A stretch of 60,075 nucleotides of DNA, filler included, from 3 parts of 3 records of this genome joined end to end with filler, not necessarily neighbours in it; one strand, 5' to 3'. Counted from the whole stretch's first letter, positions 19,588 through 29,434 are shown. Translations and numbers: made by a program. The notes: generated by a model not told the origin, from the letters alone.

Positions 19588-20012
19588 CACACCCCGCTGT
19601 AACGCGCTGTCTTTCCTTAACAAGTAGCGGCTGGTTTGTACGTAGGTCGGTTGCCATCAAGTCTCGCTTGCGATCATGAGTGGATTGATTGAGACCTAGT
19701 TCGTCTACGCTTTCAAGCACCACCGTCGCGCAGGCAACACACCACTGCACCCACGCTGCTTATCGCCGAGAGTTGTCTATCCGTACACGGATGCTCTTCC
19801 CGACGGTCCCTTGCCTGGAGCTCTGATTGAGTCTCCCATTTTTCCGAAACAACCGTTGTAATGCGATTCGACCTCCCGATCGGGCAGCGTTCCGGACCAT
19901 AAAAACACCACCTTTGACGGGACAGGTGGTAATAAGAGGTGGGGCTTTATTTTGAGCAGACAGATCGTGGGCAGACGCGTCTTGTGCTTCACATTGAAAC
20001 GTAGGTTTGCCC

Positions 20013-21101
20013 ATGTGCCATCGCCCCAAACGGTACACACCTCCGCGCCGACGCTCGGGATTCACACTTCTCGAATTGCTTGTTGCGTCAGCTTCGGCGA
20101 CAGTCCTTACCGTCGGGCTCGGAGGCAGCATTTTCATTGCCTCCTTGGCCTACGATGACTCGGACAATGAGTCATCCAGGAGGATGGATGCAATCTTTGC
20201 TGCAGACGAAATCCTGGCAGATCTCCAGTTGGCCAAGAAATTTCGTCAGAGGACCGCAACATCTGTAGAGTTCATGGTTCCCGATCGGGATGGCGATGGA
20301 ATCGACGAGGTCATTCGATACGCTTGGTCGGGTGTTTCTGGGGACCCTCTAACGAGAGAATACAACGGATTGCCTCCAGGGGCTATACTGCCCGCGGTGG
20401 CGAGCCTCAACCTGGAGTATTACACCCGTAATCTCCCAGCGACAGAATCTCCAGTGATCTTCGAGCCGCTGGTTGTATTCGAAGGATTCATGGAAACAAA
20501 AGTAAACGAGAAGTCTGGCAGTATATCGATCGCCAAGCCACCGGGCGTCGATGAAGATGAGCTCCTCGTCGCGGTCGTTGCGGCGGATAAGAATCAAGTG
20601 GCCCAGTTTGAACAGAGTGTTCCAGGTTGGAATTTTCTGCTGGCCAAGTCCCGGGACAGCAACATCAGCCTGGGCGTTTGGTGGCGTTTGGCAACAAACT
20701 CTGAACCTAGCGAATACACGTTCAAGATCGATCAAGGTCTAGGTGCCTATGGGTGGGTTATGCACTTCAGTGGCAACGACGCGAATAGTCCAATTGACGC
20801 GTTCGACGCAGACACGGGAAGATCAAAGAGGCCGCAGACCCCATCTATAAAACCGAGTACTGACAACGCGCTAGTGCTTCGTGTGGGAGCGTTTGATGAC
20901 AACAGCGTTCGGGAAGACGAGCCCAACGTTGCCAACGCGGAGGTGATTACTTTGGACAGCGTCGCAGCAGCATCCGGTGGCGCTGTATACGAACAACAGA
21001 AAACATCTGCAGACAGCGATCAATCGTCTTTTGAACTTCGATCACGAGAGGACTATGTCACCGCCACGATCGCGATAAAGCCCGCGAGGGAGGTCCAATA
21101 A
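20013..21101 (+). CDS. Type IV prepilin-like minor pilin with an extra C-terminal beta-rich domain
   Basis: Class III signal [24 protein letters not shown] possible Ca-binding loop; additional domain of about 200 aa. Confidence 0.85.
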   Translation: MCHRPKRYTPPRRRSGFTLLELLVASASATVLTVGLGGSIFIASLAYDDSDNESSRRMDAIFAADEILADLQLAKKFRQRTATSVEFMVPDRDGDGIDEVIRYAWSGVSGDPLTREYNGLPPGAILPAVASLNLEYYTRNLPATESPVIFEPLVVFEGFMETKVNEKSGSISIAKPPGVDEDELLVAVVAADKNQVAQFEQSVPGWNFLLAKSRDSNISLGVWWRLATNSEPSEYTFKIDQGLGAYGWVMHFSGNDANSPIDAFDADTGRSKRPQTPSIKPSTDNALVLRVGAFDDNSVREDEPNVANAEVITLDSVAAASGGAVYEQQKTSADSDQSSFELRSREDYVTATIAIKPAREVQ

Positions 21102-21733
21102 TGTGTCGTTCGAAGCGTTTGCATCGAAACCTGGGCCTGTCATTGATAGAAGTGGTAGTGTCCACAGTAATTGTCGCCTTTATCATTTCTGCTGCACTAC
21201 GGACCGTAGATACTGCCATCGCAATCAGGACGCGAACCGTAGAACTTCAGCTCGGCCCGTCCCTGGCTCGGGGCCTATTGAGCGAGGTAGCCTCAAAGGC
21301 CTACGCGGATCCTGAAACACCGAACGGACCGCTTGGACCTGACCAAGGTGAATCTACGGGAACTCGCCTGGGATTCGATGACGTGGATGACTACCAAGGC
21401 TGGCTGACGGATTCACCAGTTAACGCGGCAGGCGCAGATCTTGGCATTGGAACTGGGTGGCGGCGAGAAGTAGCGATCGAGTTCTTGGATCCTTCGTCAA
21501 TGACATCCATCGCAACTGACCTTGGGTTAAAGCGACTAAGAGTTACAGCCACTTCTCCAAGTGGTAAGTCAACAACTCTAGAGACTCTACGTGCCAGATC
21601 CGGTGCAAACGAACGTCGAGCTTCAGCCGAACGCTCAATCGTAACGGGAGTGGGTGTCAAGATCGAAATGGTGGCGGGACAGGCCGCCGAAGAATCAGCA
21701 GCTCTGACAAAGAACCATGCAATCGATGAGTAG
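21101..21733 (+). CDS. Type IV prepilin-like minor pilin (MshD/PilV-like)
   Basis: G|LSLIEVVVS class III signal; FDDVDDYQG motif resembling MSHA MshD; TAATG overlap with the upstream gene. Confidence 0.82.
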   Translation: MCRSKRLHRNLGLSLIEVVVSTVIVAFIISAALRTVDTAIAIRTRTVELQLGPSLARGLLSEVASKAYADPETPNGPLGPDQGESTGTRLGFDDVDDYQGWLTDSPVNAAGADLGIGTGWRREVAIEFLDPSSMTSIATDLGLKRLRVTATSPSGKSTTLETLRARSGANERRASAERSIVTGVGVKIEMVAGQAAEESAALTKNHAIDE

Positions 21734-23012
21734 ATCAAGAACATGCCACGGTGAACAAGACCGCGCCGGTGCAGTATACATCGCCGTTGTCGGAACTTCT
21801 TTGATCGTTGCGTTGCTCGCTCTGGGGGCAATTCACGGTGTCCGAATTACTCTGAACAGAGCGACTTCGCTTCCAGATCGCCACTCGGCATCGCTATTGG
21901 CTGACGCGGCTGTCGAACATGCGATTGCCTCTATTTCGAGTGATCCGGACTGGCGAACAACGTATGTCTCGGGAATCGACTATCCGGCCAACCCGGTCTC
22001 GATGAACGGCGGCAGCTTCACTTGGCAACTCATTGATTCCGATGGAAATCTCGCAGATGACGATTCTGACAGCATAACAATCCAAGGCAATGCGCAGGTC
22101 GGCCGAGTTACGCACAGCCTCACTGCCCGGGCACAAGCAGTTGCGTCTGGTATAACTGCACTGGAAGCTGCACTTCACTGCAACACGAGTATCGACACAG
22201 GTTTCACTGTTGATATCTCGACAAATACTTTCGTCAGTTCCAACGCCAACATCGCCGCCCAAGGCCTCGGCGAAAGCATTGACGGCAATGCTGAGGCCGC
22301 GGGGGCTATTGCTGGCAACATTACCGGCTCGCAGTCATCGGGGGTCGCTCCGCGGCAGATGCCCGACAATTGTGTCTTCGACTACTACTTGCAGTTAGGA
22401 ACAACAATCGATCTTGCCTTGTTGGCTCACAACGATCACTTCGACTTAGAAGATGGCGTGCTTAGCCCGAACAGTAACCCCTGGGGCAGTACCAACCCAG
22501 AGGGAATCTACGTTATCAACTGTGCTGGACAGGAGATTCGTGTTAGAGACCTGCGAGTCTTCGGAACACTCTGCCTGCTGAATCCTGGACCAGGATCAAA
22601 GGTTGAAAAGGCAGTGCTCTTCGAACCCGCGAGGCCGAACTTTCCTTCACTGTTGGTCGACGGCTCCATTGAAATGCGCTTTGACTCTGGTCAACAGCTA
22701 CAAGAATCAGGGATCAACTTCAACCCACCTGGAACGCCCTATGCGAGTGAGTTTGATAATGACTTCTCTGATAATTACCCGAGTGTCATACGCGGACTTG
22801 TGTATGTTTCCGGTCAAATGAATTTCGTTGCAGATGCAAAGAACTCCGACTTTGAAGGTGTTGTCATATGCGGAGCAATCGCAGCAGACTCGGACTGTAG
22901 TTTTACTTACGATTCCGATTCAATCTACCTTGAGTATCCACCTCCGGGATTCGGTTCCGGCAACCTGCTAGAGATCATCCCCGGTTCTTGGCATCGAGTT
23001 GAATCCCCGTAG
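21717..23012 (+). CDS. PilX/GspK-like large minor pilin
   Basis: DRAG|AVYIAVVG hydrophobic helix lacking Glu5; ADAAVEHA; ends in PGSWHRV like PilX-family C-termini. Confidence 0.75.
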   Translation: MQSMSRSRTCHGEQDRAGAVYIAVVGTSLIVALLALGAIHGVRITLNRATSLPDRHSASLLADAAVEHAIASISSDPDWRTTYVSGIDYPANPVSMNGGSFTWQLIDSDGNLADDDSDSITIQGNAQVGRVTHSLTARAQAVASGITALEAALHCNTSIDTGFTVDISTNTFVSSNANIAAQGLGESIDGNAEAAGAIAGNITGSQSSGVAPRQMPDNCVFDYYLQLGTTIDLALLAHNDHFDLEDGVLSPNSNPWGSTNPEGIYVINCAGQEIRVRDLRVFGTLCLLNPGPGSKVEKAVLFEPARPNFPSLLVDGSIEMRFDSGQQLQESGINFNPPGTPYASEFDNDFSDNYPSVIRGLVYVSGQMNFVADAKNSDFEGVVICGAIAADSDCSFTYDSDSIYLEYPPPGFGSGNLLEIIPGSWHRVESP

Positions 23013-23044
23013 GCTTTCAGGCCCCCAATTGACTGGAGCACGAT

Positions 23045-23356
23045 ATGAATCCCAATGAAATTCGAGACATAACTTGGCGAGAATTGAATTTGCAAACCAC
23101 GGGCTCGCTTGCTGTGATTCGCAACTTGGTCCGATCCGGCAGACTCCGGCAACTCGAATTGGCAGACGGTTGTGAATCCTACCTGGCTGCAGTCGAGTTT
23201 CACCGAGCACTGATCAATCTACTGAACGACGGCAGCCCGAAAGCATGGGTAGAATGCAAGCTAAGCTTTTGCTCTCTGTTTTCAAATGTGCCTGCATTCA
23301 AGAAGGGTTCGTTTCCCCAAGGCGATGGCGCAGCCGGCCTGCAAACTACCACTTAA
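23045..23356 (+). CDS. Hypothetical protein
   Basis: GGAG RBS 7 nt before the ATG; codirectional, 32 bp after the pilX-like gene; no recognisable motif. Confidence 0.5.
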   Translation: MNPNEIRDITWRELNLQTTGSLAVIRNLVRSGRLRQLELADGCESYLAAVEFHRALINLLNDGSPKAWVECKLSFCSLFSNVPAFKKGSFPQGDGAAGLQTTT

Positions 23357-23522
23357 GCTGGAAGACGCTTGAGCATGAATCCGCCCTGGGCAGCACAAAC
23401 GAGCGATCCGTCTTGGCAGCTTGGAGAAGATCCGATACAAGAGCGGGACTAGATTGTGCATCGTAGCTCAACGTTAATGCTAGCTTAACCGCGTTGGCCG
23501 TCGGCCTCCTCAGGTGTTTGCA

Positions 23523-23816
23523 ATGAATCGAATCACTACGTTTTTACTGGGAATGGTTGCCGGTGCTGCCGCCCTTTACACTTCCGAGAACTATTACATC
23601 GTTCGTGGAACCGAAGGCGTGCACGTGGTGCCGAAGATTGCTGGCAAGATCGAATTTCCATACCGGGACATTCGCAACTACACCGTTGAGGATTGGCAAG
23701 AGAACGTCTCCTTGGGTGCAGCGATTATCAACGCTCAAAAGCCGGAACTGATGGTCGATTCACTCAGTTCGGTTCGCACCAATTTCGACTCACTGTTGAA
23801 GTCGCTCGGATCATAG
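23523..23816 (+). CDS. Small hypothetical protein with N-terminal membrane anchor
   Basis: MNRITTFLLGMVAGAAALY hydrophobic start; protein-like composition. Confidence 0.7.
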   Translation: MNRITTFLLGMVAGAAALYTSENYYIVRGTEGVHVVPKIAGKIEFPYRDIRNYTVEDWQENVSLGAAIINAQKPELMVDSLSSVRTNFDSLLKSLGS

Positions 23817-23890
23817 CTTCGATCAACTGAATTCACCGAAAATTCGCTTCCTGAAGCGATGCTGTTTTGCACAGCTTTCACGGAGAGCAT

Positions 23891-25483
23891 GTGTTGAAAT
23901 GCGACTTCTGCATTATCGGTTCAGGATTCTCGGGCAGCCTGTTGGCTTGGATTCTGGCTGCGGCAGGGCGATCGGTCGTATTGATCGATTCTTCTCGGCA
24001 TCCAAGGTTCGCAATTGGCGAGTCTTCGACGCCGCTGGCCGACTTCTTGCTAGAGAGAATAGCCGAGGAATTTAGTCTACCGGAACTCAAGCCACTCGCA
24101 CGATTTGGAACATGGCGAGCGAGCCACCCGGACTTGCGATGCGGACTGAAACGAGGTTTCAGTTACTTCCAGCACACGGCGGACGTGCCGTTTGCAGACG
24201 ACAGCAAGAATAGCTCCAGTTTGCTGGTCGCGGCTAGCGCAAGTGATAAAGTCGCAGACACACACTGGCACCGGAGCGACGTGGACGCGTGGCTGGCGGA
24301 CCGCGCACGGACCGCGGGCGCAGTGCTACACGAATCAGCACAAAGCATTCGCTTGATTCGTCAGCCGCATGCTACCTGGTCGATTAGCTTCGAGCTTGCT
24401 GACGAAACACAGTCGCTGACCGCAGATATTGTCGTCGATGCGAGCGGTAGTGGTCATGTGATTGCTTCTTCACTTGGCATCGAAAGCCTGTCCGATCGTT
24501 TGCAAACGCGCACCGGAGCTCTTTTTGGTCATTTCGCAGGTGTCGCGAGTGCGATTGACGCAGCGGCAGAATCCACTGGACGAGAGCCACAGGCTTACAC
24601 CGTGCCGTTCTCGGCGGACGATGCGGCACAGCACCACCTGCTGGGCGATAAAACATGGTGTTGGATGCTCCGATTCCAAGACGACCTGGCGAGCGTGGGA
24701 ATCGTAGGTCCCGCCGCGCAGTTCACGCACCTTGCTAGCGCTACCGCACGCGAAGACGCTTGGCGACAGCAGGTCGCTCGTTTCCCGATGCTCGACAGGA
24801 TGCTTTCGAGCGCTCATCTCGTTGCACCGATCGATGCCGACAATGATGGCAATGCATCTCCGGTCCTTGGTTGGTCGCCTCGAATCAGCCGACTTTGGGC
24901 TCAGGCGGCTGGACAGGATCTTTCGTCGACGGCAGGTCTGCGAGGTTGCTGGGCCATGCTGCCTTCAACCGTGGGAATCGTGGACCCGCTGCACAGCACC
25001 GGAATCGCTCATTCGTTAAGTGGTGTCTATCGGCTGGCCAGTGCTTTTCTGACCGGCGGAGACGCTGGAGGACAGTGGCTCGAGCGCTACTCAGCGGAGG
25101 TGGTGCAGGAGATACTCTGGATCGATGAGATCGTTTCGCTGTGCAGGCTCGCACAGACCGTGAGCTTTGACGCTTTCACAGCCGCTAGTGCGTTCTACTT
25201 CGTTTCGGCGATACACTGCGAACGACAACTAGCGCAGTCGTCCGGTCTCTCCACAGACACCCTGAAGAGCGGCTTTCTGCTGCATGCTGATCAGCGACTT
25301 CGCAAATTGCTACAAGCCGCGCGTGAGAGACTTGAGATCGCGGCACGCTCACATGGCGACAGGCAACGTTCGTCGCAGGAGTTTGTTAGTTGGCTCCGCG
25401 GCTGTTTATCACCATGGAACGACGTCGGATTGCTCGATCCTAAACTGAACAATCGCATTGCCCGCGCGAGTGCTCCGAAGTAG
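23891..25483 (+). CDS. Flavin-dependent halogenase-like protein (PrnC / tryptophan-halogenase family)
   Basis: IIGSGFSGS, HPRFAIGES, CGLKRGFSYF (candidate catalytic Lys), WCWMLRF (WxWxIP variant) and VDPLHSTG; GGAG before GTG 23891. Confidence 0.8.
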   Translation: MLKCDFCIIGSGFSGSLLAWILAAAGRSVVLIDSSRHPRFAIGESSTPLADFLLERIAEEFSLPELKPLARFGTWRASHPDLRCGLKRGFSYFQHTADVPFADDSKNSSSLLVAASASDKVADTHWHRSDVDAWLADRARTAGAVLHESAQSIRLIRQPHATWSISFELADETQSLTADIVVDASGSGHVIASSLGIESLSDRLQTRTGALFGHFAGVASAIDAAAESTGREPQAYTVPFSADDAAQHHLLGDKTWCWMLRFQDDLASVGIVGPAAQFTHLASATAREDAWRQQVARFPMLDRMLSSAHLVAPIDADNDGNASPVLGWSPRISRLWAQAAGQDLSSTAGLRGCWAMLPSTVGIVDPLHSTGIAHSLSGVYRLASAFLTGGDAGGQWLERYSAEVVQEILWIDEIVSLCRLAQTVSFDAFTAASAFYFVSAIHCERQLAQSSGLSTDTLKSGFLLHADQRLRKLLQAARERLEIAARSHGDRQRSSQEFVSWLRGCLSPWNDVGLLDPKLNNRIARASAPK

Positions 25484-25514
25484 GTCGGTTCCAACTGATC
25501 ACCAAGCCCACGTT

Positions 25515-25548
25515 TCTCTATTGCAGGTCGCGTCTCTATTGCAGGTCG
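25515..25548. repeat. 16-bp direct repeat (TCTCTATTGCAGGTCG x2, 18-bp period) spanning a stop codon
   Basis: Exact copies at 25515-25530 and 25533-25548; duplicates the last codons and stop (DLQ*) of the 25536-26366 gene. Confidence 0.85.
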
Positions 25549-26366
25549 GCTGGAGCTTGATCGGTGGGCGAGATGGACAAGCCGCCGGAAGCTCGCAGCG
25601 AGACGTTGTACGAGGTGTTCTCGCGAACCTTGATCGAAACGGCTTCCCCATTTGCAGCGCGAATACCACGTTCGGCCGCCTTACTGCGATTGTTGGCAAA
25701 TTCCCAGAAGTCGGACCAGAGCTCTTTTTCAAAAGCGGTCATTGCTCCACCACGCGAGTAAGCTTGCGGCCGCATGCCTACTTCGTCCAACGGGAAGCCG
25801 TCGTTGGGCGTTTGCTCTTCGCTAAAAATGCGACGAAACAAACAAAGTGATGTACCACGTTGGATGTCGCCCTGCTCAATATACGAGTCATCGAACTTCA
25901 CAATCCAGTTGTCGATATAAATCACGTCTCCAGGCAATTCAAATTGTTTAGGCTCAGACATGGAGTCGCCTTGGGGCGAAAGCTCGACGAACTCAAGCCG
26001 TGTTGTCAGCGCCTTGCCATCATCACCTCGCTTGATATCAATCACTTTCAACCGAGCAAGACGCTGATCTGTCTTGAGCAGATGCATTGACGTTTCCAGC
26101 TTTTCGATGGCCGCGATTTGTTCGGTAACCGTCTCGTTGAGCTTTGCTATTTCGGTCGCCTTCGAACTGACTTCAGCTTCGAGCTGTTCGACCTTCTTGG
26201 CGGCTTCTGCGATCTGTTGTTTTTGATCCTTGACCAAGCGATCGTGCTGCGTGTACTCGGTGTAAATCATGTAGGCGGTGTAGCCAATCGTGCCGACCAG
26301 CACGGCCAGCAGCCCGGTTCGCACCGTGGCGTTGAGCGTCTTGATTGAGTCAATTTGTGAACCCAT
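25536..26366 (-). CDS. Hypothetical membrane-anchored coiled-coil protein
   Basis: N-terminal TM, heptad-rich segment (QKQQIAEAAKKVEQLEAEV...), globular C-terminus; GAGG RBS. Confidence 0.8.
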   Translation of the reverse strand: MGSQIDSIKTLNATVRTGLLAVLVGTIGYTAYMIYTEYTQHDRLVKDQKQQIAEAAKKVEQLEAEVSSKATEIAKLNETVTEQIAAIEKLETSMHLLKTDQRLARLKVIDIKRGDDGKALTTRLEFVELSPQGDSMSEPKQFELPGDVIYIDNWIVKFDDSYIEQGDIQRGTSLCLFRRIFSEEQTPNDGFPLDEVGMRPQAYSRGGAMTAFEKELWSDFWEFANNRSKAAERGIRAANGEAVSIKVRENTSYNVSLRASGGLSISPTDQAPADLQ

Positions 26367-26859
26367 CGTTTATCCCTCTTCGGCGAAGTGCACCTGCACC
26401 TGCCGCATAATCCAAATATCATTCATCGGCAGCCAAACCGCTCGCCTAGTGCGAGTCGCACGGACGTATTGCGTGCTACACCCAACGAATAGCTGACTCA
26501 AATAGGCGCGAAGACGCTGTATTCGAACCGGAAGCGCTCTAGGCGCTTTTTCAGCGGTATCAAATGGCCATTTTCATTTATCGACAGCGGGCGCTGGCAA
26601 CCGCCTGAATTCTCTGCCAACAGGCTGACGTTTTCCGTCTACACGCTGACGATATCCGCCAAGACACCAGCCGCTAGACATTCAGGGTCGACGAATTCGG
26701 AATAACCGGCAATGCCAATAGAAGCATAGCTGATGACCCGTTATCATCTCAGCCTACCAACGCGTCGCTGCGAGAGGGAAACTACCGAGGCTGATGGCCA
26801 TTTTCCGAGTTGCGGCACGAATGCTAGCAATTCACACGCCTTCGTTAATACACCACCAA

Positions 26860-27600
26860 ATGAACCGGAGCCAGCCCTTGAGTCTGCTGCCTGCTGGAAG
26901 CCTGCGTCGAACCTGCTTGCTGCTAGGTGGATGTTGCTGCGCTGCCGCGATCACAGGCGTCTGGATCGCTCAGTTTGACAATTCAATCTCGGCTTCCCTG
27001 CGAGCCTGGGATTTACCAGGCGACATTGAAAAGGCGATCAACCTTAGCGAAGCCTACGCCCACACATCGGGCGTTGTCATGATTTTGCTCGCCCTGCTGC
27101 TGACCATCAACGCAGACCGGCGTAATTCCATTCTGCTGGCAGTTGCCATTACTACGGTCGCGGGCGTCACGGCCAACGTCATGAAGACCGGTTTTGTGAG
27201 AATTCGTCCACACAGCGTCGACAAGATTGAGGTCGTCGAATCATCGCAACAGCAGGCTCTCGACGGAGCGGGTGTTGGAAACGTCGAGATGGTGGGAGCC
27301 GATATCTGGGACGCGCGTCAGCGCAGCTTTCCCTCGGGGCATACCGCGACGGCTTGGGGGCTGACGATCGGTTTGAGTTTAGCATTTCCGCGTTCGACGG
27401 TTGTTTTTGTAATCTTGGCGATGCTGGCGAGCCTCCAACGCGTGACCTGTGGAGCCCATTTTCCAAGCGACGTCGCGGCTGGAGCCTGCATTGCCTTCGC
27501 GGCGGCCCTTGTGGTCATTCCTCTGGCTGGTCGCTACCGTAGTGTAAGTAGTGGCCCGGCCCCGGTCGCCGGCGATGGCTCAGGCGCCCAGCAGCGGTGA
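26860..27600 (+). CDS. PAP2-family membrane phosphatase
   Basis: C1 KTGFVRIRP, C2 SFPSGHTA and C3 QRVTCGAHFPSDV motifs; several TM helices. Start uncertain (ORF extends to 26794). Confidence 0.88.
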   Translation: MNRSQPLSLLPAGSLRRTCLLLGGCCCAAAITGVWIAQFDNSISASLRAWDLPGDIEKAINLSEAYAHTSGVVMILLALLLTINADRRNSILLAVAITTVAGVTANVMKTGFVRIRPHSVDKIEVVESSQQQALDGAGVGNVEMVGADIWDARQRSFPSGHTATAWGLTIGLSLAFPRSTVVFVILAMLASLQRVTCGAHFPSDVAAGACIAFAAALVVIPLAGRYRSVSSGPAPVAGDGSGAQQR

Positions 27601-27642
27601 AACGGCTTGATAGAAACGAGAAACCAACAACGACTGAGATCG

Positions 27643-27912
27643 ATGAAAGCAACTGAAACCTTTGGTCCCCGTTGTCCAGTTTGCGACATTGGCGTCAATT
27701 TCCCTACCGAAGTCGGAGCCAAGCCGCCGGCCTACGCACCGTTTTGCTCTGAAAGGTGTCGACTTTTGGACCTGGGGCGTTGGCTGAATGAAGAGCATGC
27801 GTTACCCTGCGAGAGTAGCGAAGATGACGAATCCGGTGAGGATATTCCCGGCTCAGGAAGCTCTGGTTCGGCCCGAACGGTGAAGCTGCCTCCTGGCTGG
27901 CACGATGCGTAG
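27643..27912 (+). CDS. yacG: DNA gyrase inhibitor YacG
   Basis: CPVC...[15 protein letters not shown] zinc-finger signature with an acidic tail. Confidence 0.9.
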   Translation: MKATETFGPRCPVCDIGVNFPTEVGAKPPAYAPFCSERCRLLDLGRWLNEEHALPCESSEDDESGEDIPGSGSSGSARTVKLPPGWHDA

Positions 27913-28077
27913 GTTTGCGATTCTCGGGCCTGCAATCTTTGCGAAGACTAGCGGTGCATGAATACTCTGCGACTTGGCGACTCAATGCAGTGAATTCAAT
28001 GCAAAGAATCCTGCAGGCCAGTATCTCTGGAATTTTTAAAGTAGGTCGCCAGCCTCTGCTGATATCGGTAGCCAACC

Positions 28078-28270
28078 ATGGAAGAAGTGCCATTTGAAGA
28101 TCGCAGCGTCCCCAAAGTTGAAATCGACTGGGACCGATCTGCTTGGTGGTGGTACCCTCTAACACGCGCGATCCACCCCGCGATGCGACTTCTGTCATTG
28201 GTCCTAAGCTTGATTGCGGTCCTGTCCATTGAGGGGATTTTGAGTCTGGGCGGCATGCTCTTCAATCCAG
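28078..28270 (+). CDS. Hypothetical membrane protein, 3'-truncated by the contig end
   Basis: Open frame with a hydrophobic helix running into the N spacer. Confidence 0.55.
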
Positions 28271-28370
28271 NNNNNNNNNNNNNNNNNNNNNNNNNNNNNN
28301 NNNNNNNNNNNNNNTTAATTAATTAANNNNNNNNNNNNNNNNNNNNNNNNNNNNNNNNNNNNNNNNNNNN
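28271..28370. other. Artificial contig-joining spacer
   Basis: N44-TTAATTAATTAA-N44; the 12-mer puts stops in all six frames; the gene-family signature changes across it. Confidence 0.99.
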
Positions 28371-28408
28371 CAAGTAACCCATGCCGAGTTGGCCAGAAAC
28401 CAGTCCGA

Positions 28409-29434
28409 TTACTCAGCGTCTTCAGACCTGGCCTCGCGCGACAGCAGGCGCATCACGCCTTCTCCGGGGCTCAAACCCTCGAACAGTACAGAATTCACCG
28501 CTGCCGTAATCGGCATATCAACCCCCAATTCCGCGGCAAGCTGCTTGACGACCGGCGCACACTTCACACCTTCAGCGACCTGACCCAATTCTTTGAGAAT
28601 GGTGTCCAGAGACTTACCCTGCGCCAACATCAAACCCACGCGCCGGTTGCGAGACAAATCGCCAGTACAGGTAAGAATGAGATCACCAAAACCGGAAAGA
28701 CCATTCAGGGTTTCAGCTTGGGCCCCCAAGGCCACAGCCAAACGTTTGATTTCAGCCATACCACGGGTAATTAACGCAGCACGGGCATTTAGCCCCAATT
28801 GCATGCCATCGCAAATGCCTGTGGCCACCGCCATGATGTTTTTCACAGCGCCACCCACTTCAGCGCCCACCAGGTCGTCAAGCTCGTAAACCCGCAGGGC
28901 TGCATGGTGTGCTGCACGCACCATGGCTTGGCGGGTGAGCTCGTCAGCGCTGGCTGCAGTAAGTGCGCAGGGTAAACCACGCGCCACTTCGGCCGCAAAT
29001 GAAGGGCCGGTGAGCGCGCCGCCATAGGGCTTGCCCAATACTTCTTCAACCACTTGATGCGGCATTTGACCCGTGCCCACTTCAAAACCCTTGCACAGCC
29101 AAACCAGCGCAGGCCATTGCTCAATGGGTGCAATTTCAAGCAACTGCAGCAATGTTTGGCGCAGGGCGCCCATGGGCGTACCCAATACCCAGAGTGCATC
29201 GGATTGGGCAAGCCCATGCCGGGCAGCCAACGAAAAATCAGACTGCACTTTCAGTGTAGGCGAAAGTTTGATACCCGCGAGGTAACGCGGGTTTTCGCGC
29301 TGGCTGGCGATGGATTGCAGCACGGCGACATCGCGCCCCCACAACACCACATCATGCGCTAACGACATGTGGGCAGCCACAGCGGTGCCCCATGCCCCCG
29401 CACCGAACACGGTGATGTTCATGCGTGCCACCAA
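28409..29434 (-). CDS. gpsA: NAD(P)H-dependent glycerol-3-phosphate dehydrogenase
   Basis: GAGAWGTA, CKGFE, GPSFAAEV, GGAVKN and GDLILTCTGDLSRNR motifs. Confidence 0.97.
   Translation of the reverse strand: MVARMNITVFGAGAWGTAVAAHMSLAHDVVLWGRDVAVLQSIASQRENPRYLAGIKLSPTLKVQSDFSLAARHGLAQSDALWVLGTPMGALRQTLLQLLEIAPIEQWPALVWLCKGFEVGTGQMPHQVVEEVLGKPYGGALTGPSFAAEVARGLPCALTAASADELTRQAMVRAAHHAALRVYELDDLVGAEVGGAVKNIMAVATGICDGMQLGLNARAALITRGMAEIKRLAVALGAQAETLNGLSGFGDLILTCTGDLSRNRRVGLMLAQGKSLDTILKELGQVAEGVKCAPVVKQLAAELGVDMPITAAVNSVLFEGLSPGEGVMRLLSREARSEDAE

Noticed and set aside
19351..19623. 90-aa minus-strand ORF with a WLRD repeat
   Set aside because: TTG start and no motif; better explained as the antisense of the 45-aa plus-strand TM peptide.
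19641..19699. GTAGGTCGGTT, also at 25480, as a possible GTAG-type REP element
   Set aside because: Only 11 bp are shared, there is no consistent palindrome after it, and only two copies.
26532..26551. AAGCGC-TCTAG-GCGCTT-TTT terminator-like hairpin in a divergent gap
   Set aside because: Short stem and no supporting promoter or ORF; could arise by chance.
26860..27600. PAP2 protein as a vanadium haloperoxidase partner of the nearby halogenase
   Set aside because: The motifs are shared across the superfamily, but this protein is short and multi-TM like lipid phosphatases, and is separated from the halogenase by an opposite-strand gene.
28315..28326. TTAATTAATTAA palindrome (again at 52151-52162)
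   Set aside because: Synthetic six-frame stop linker flanked by exactly 44 Ns on each side; not biological.
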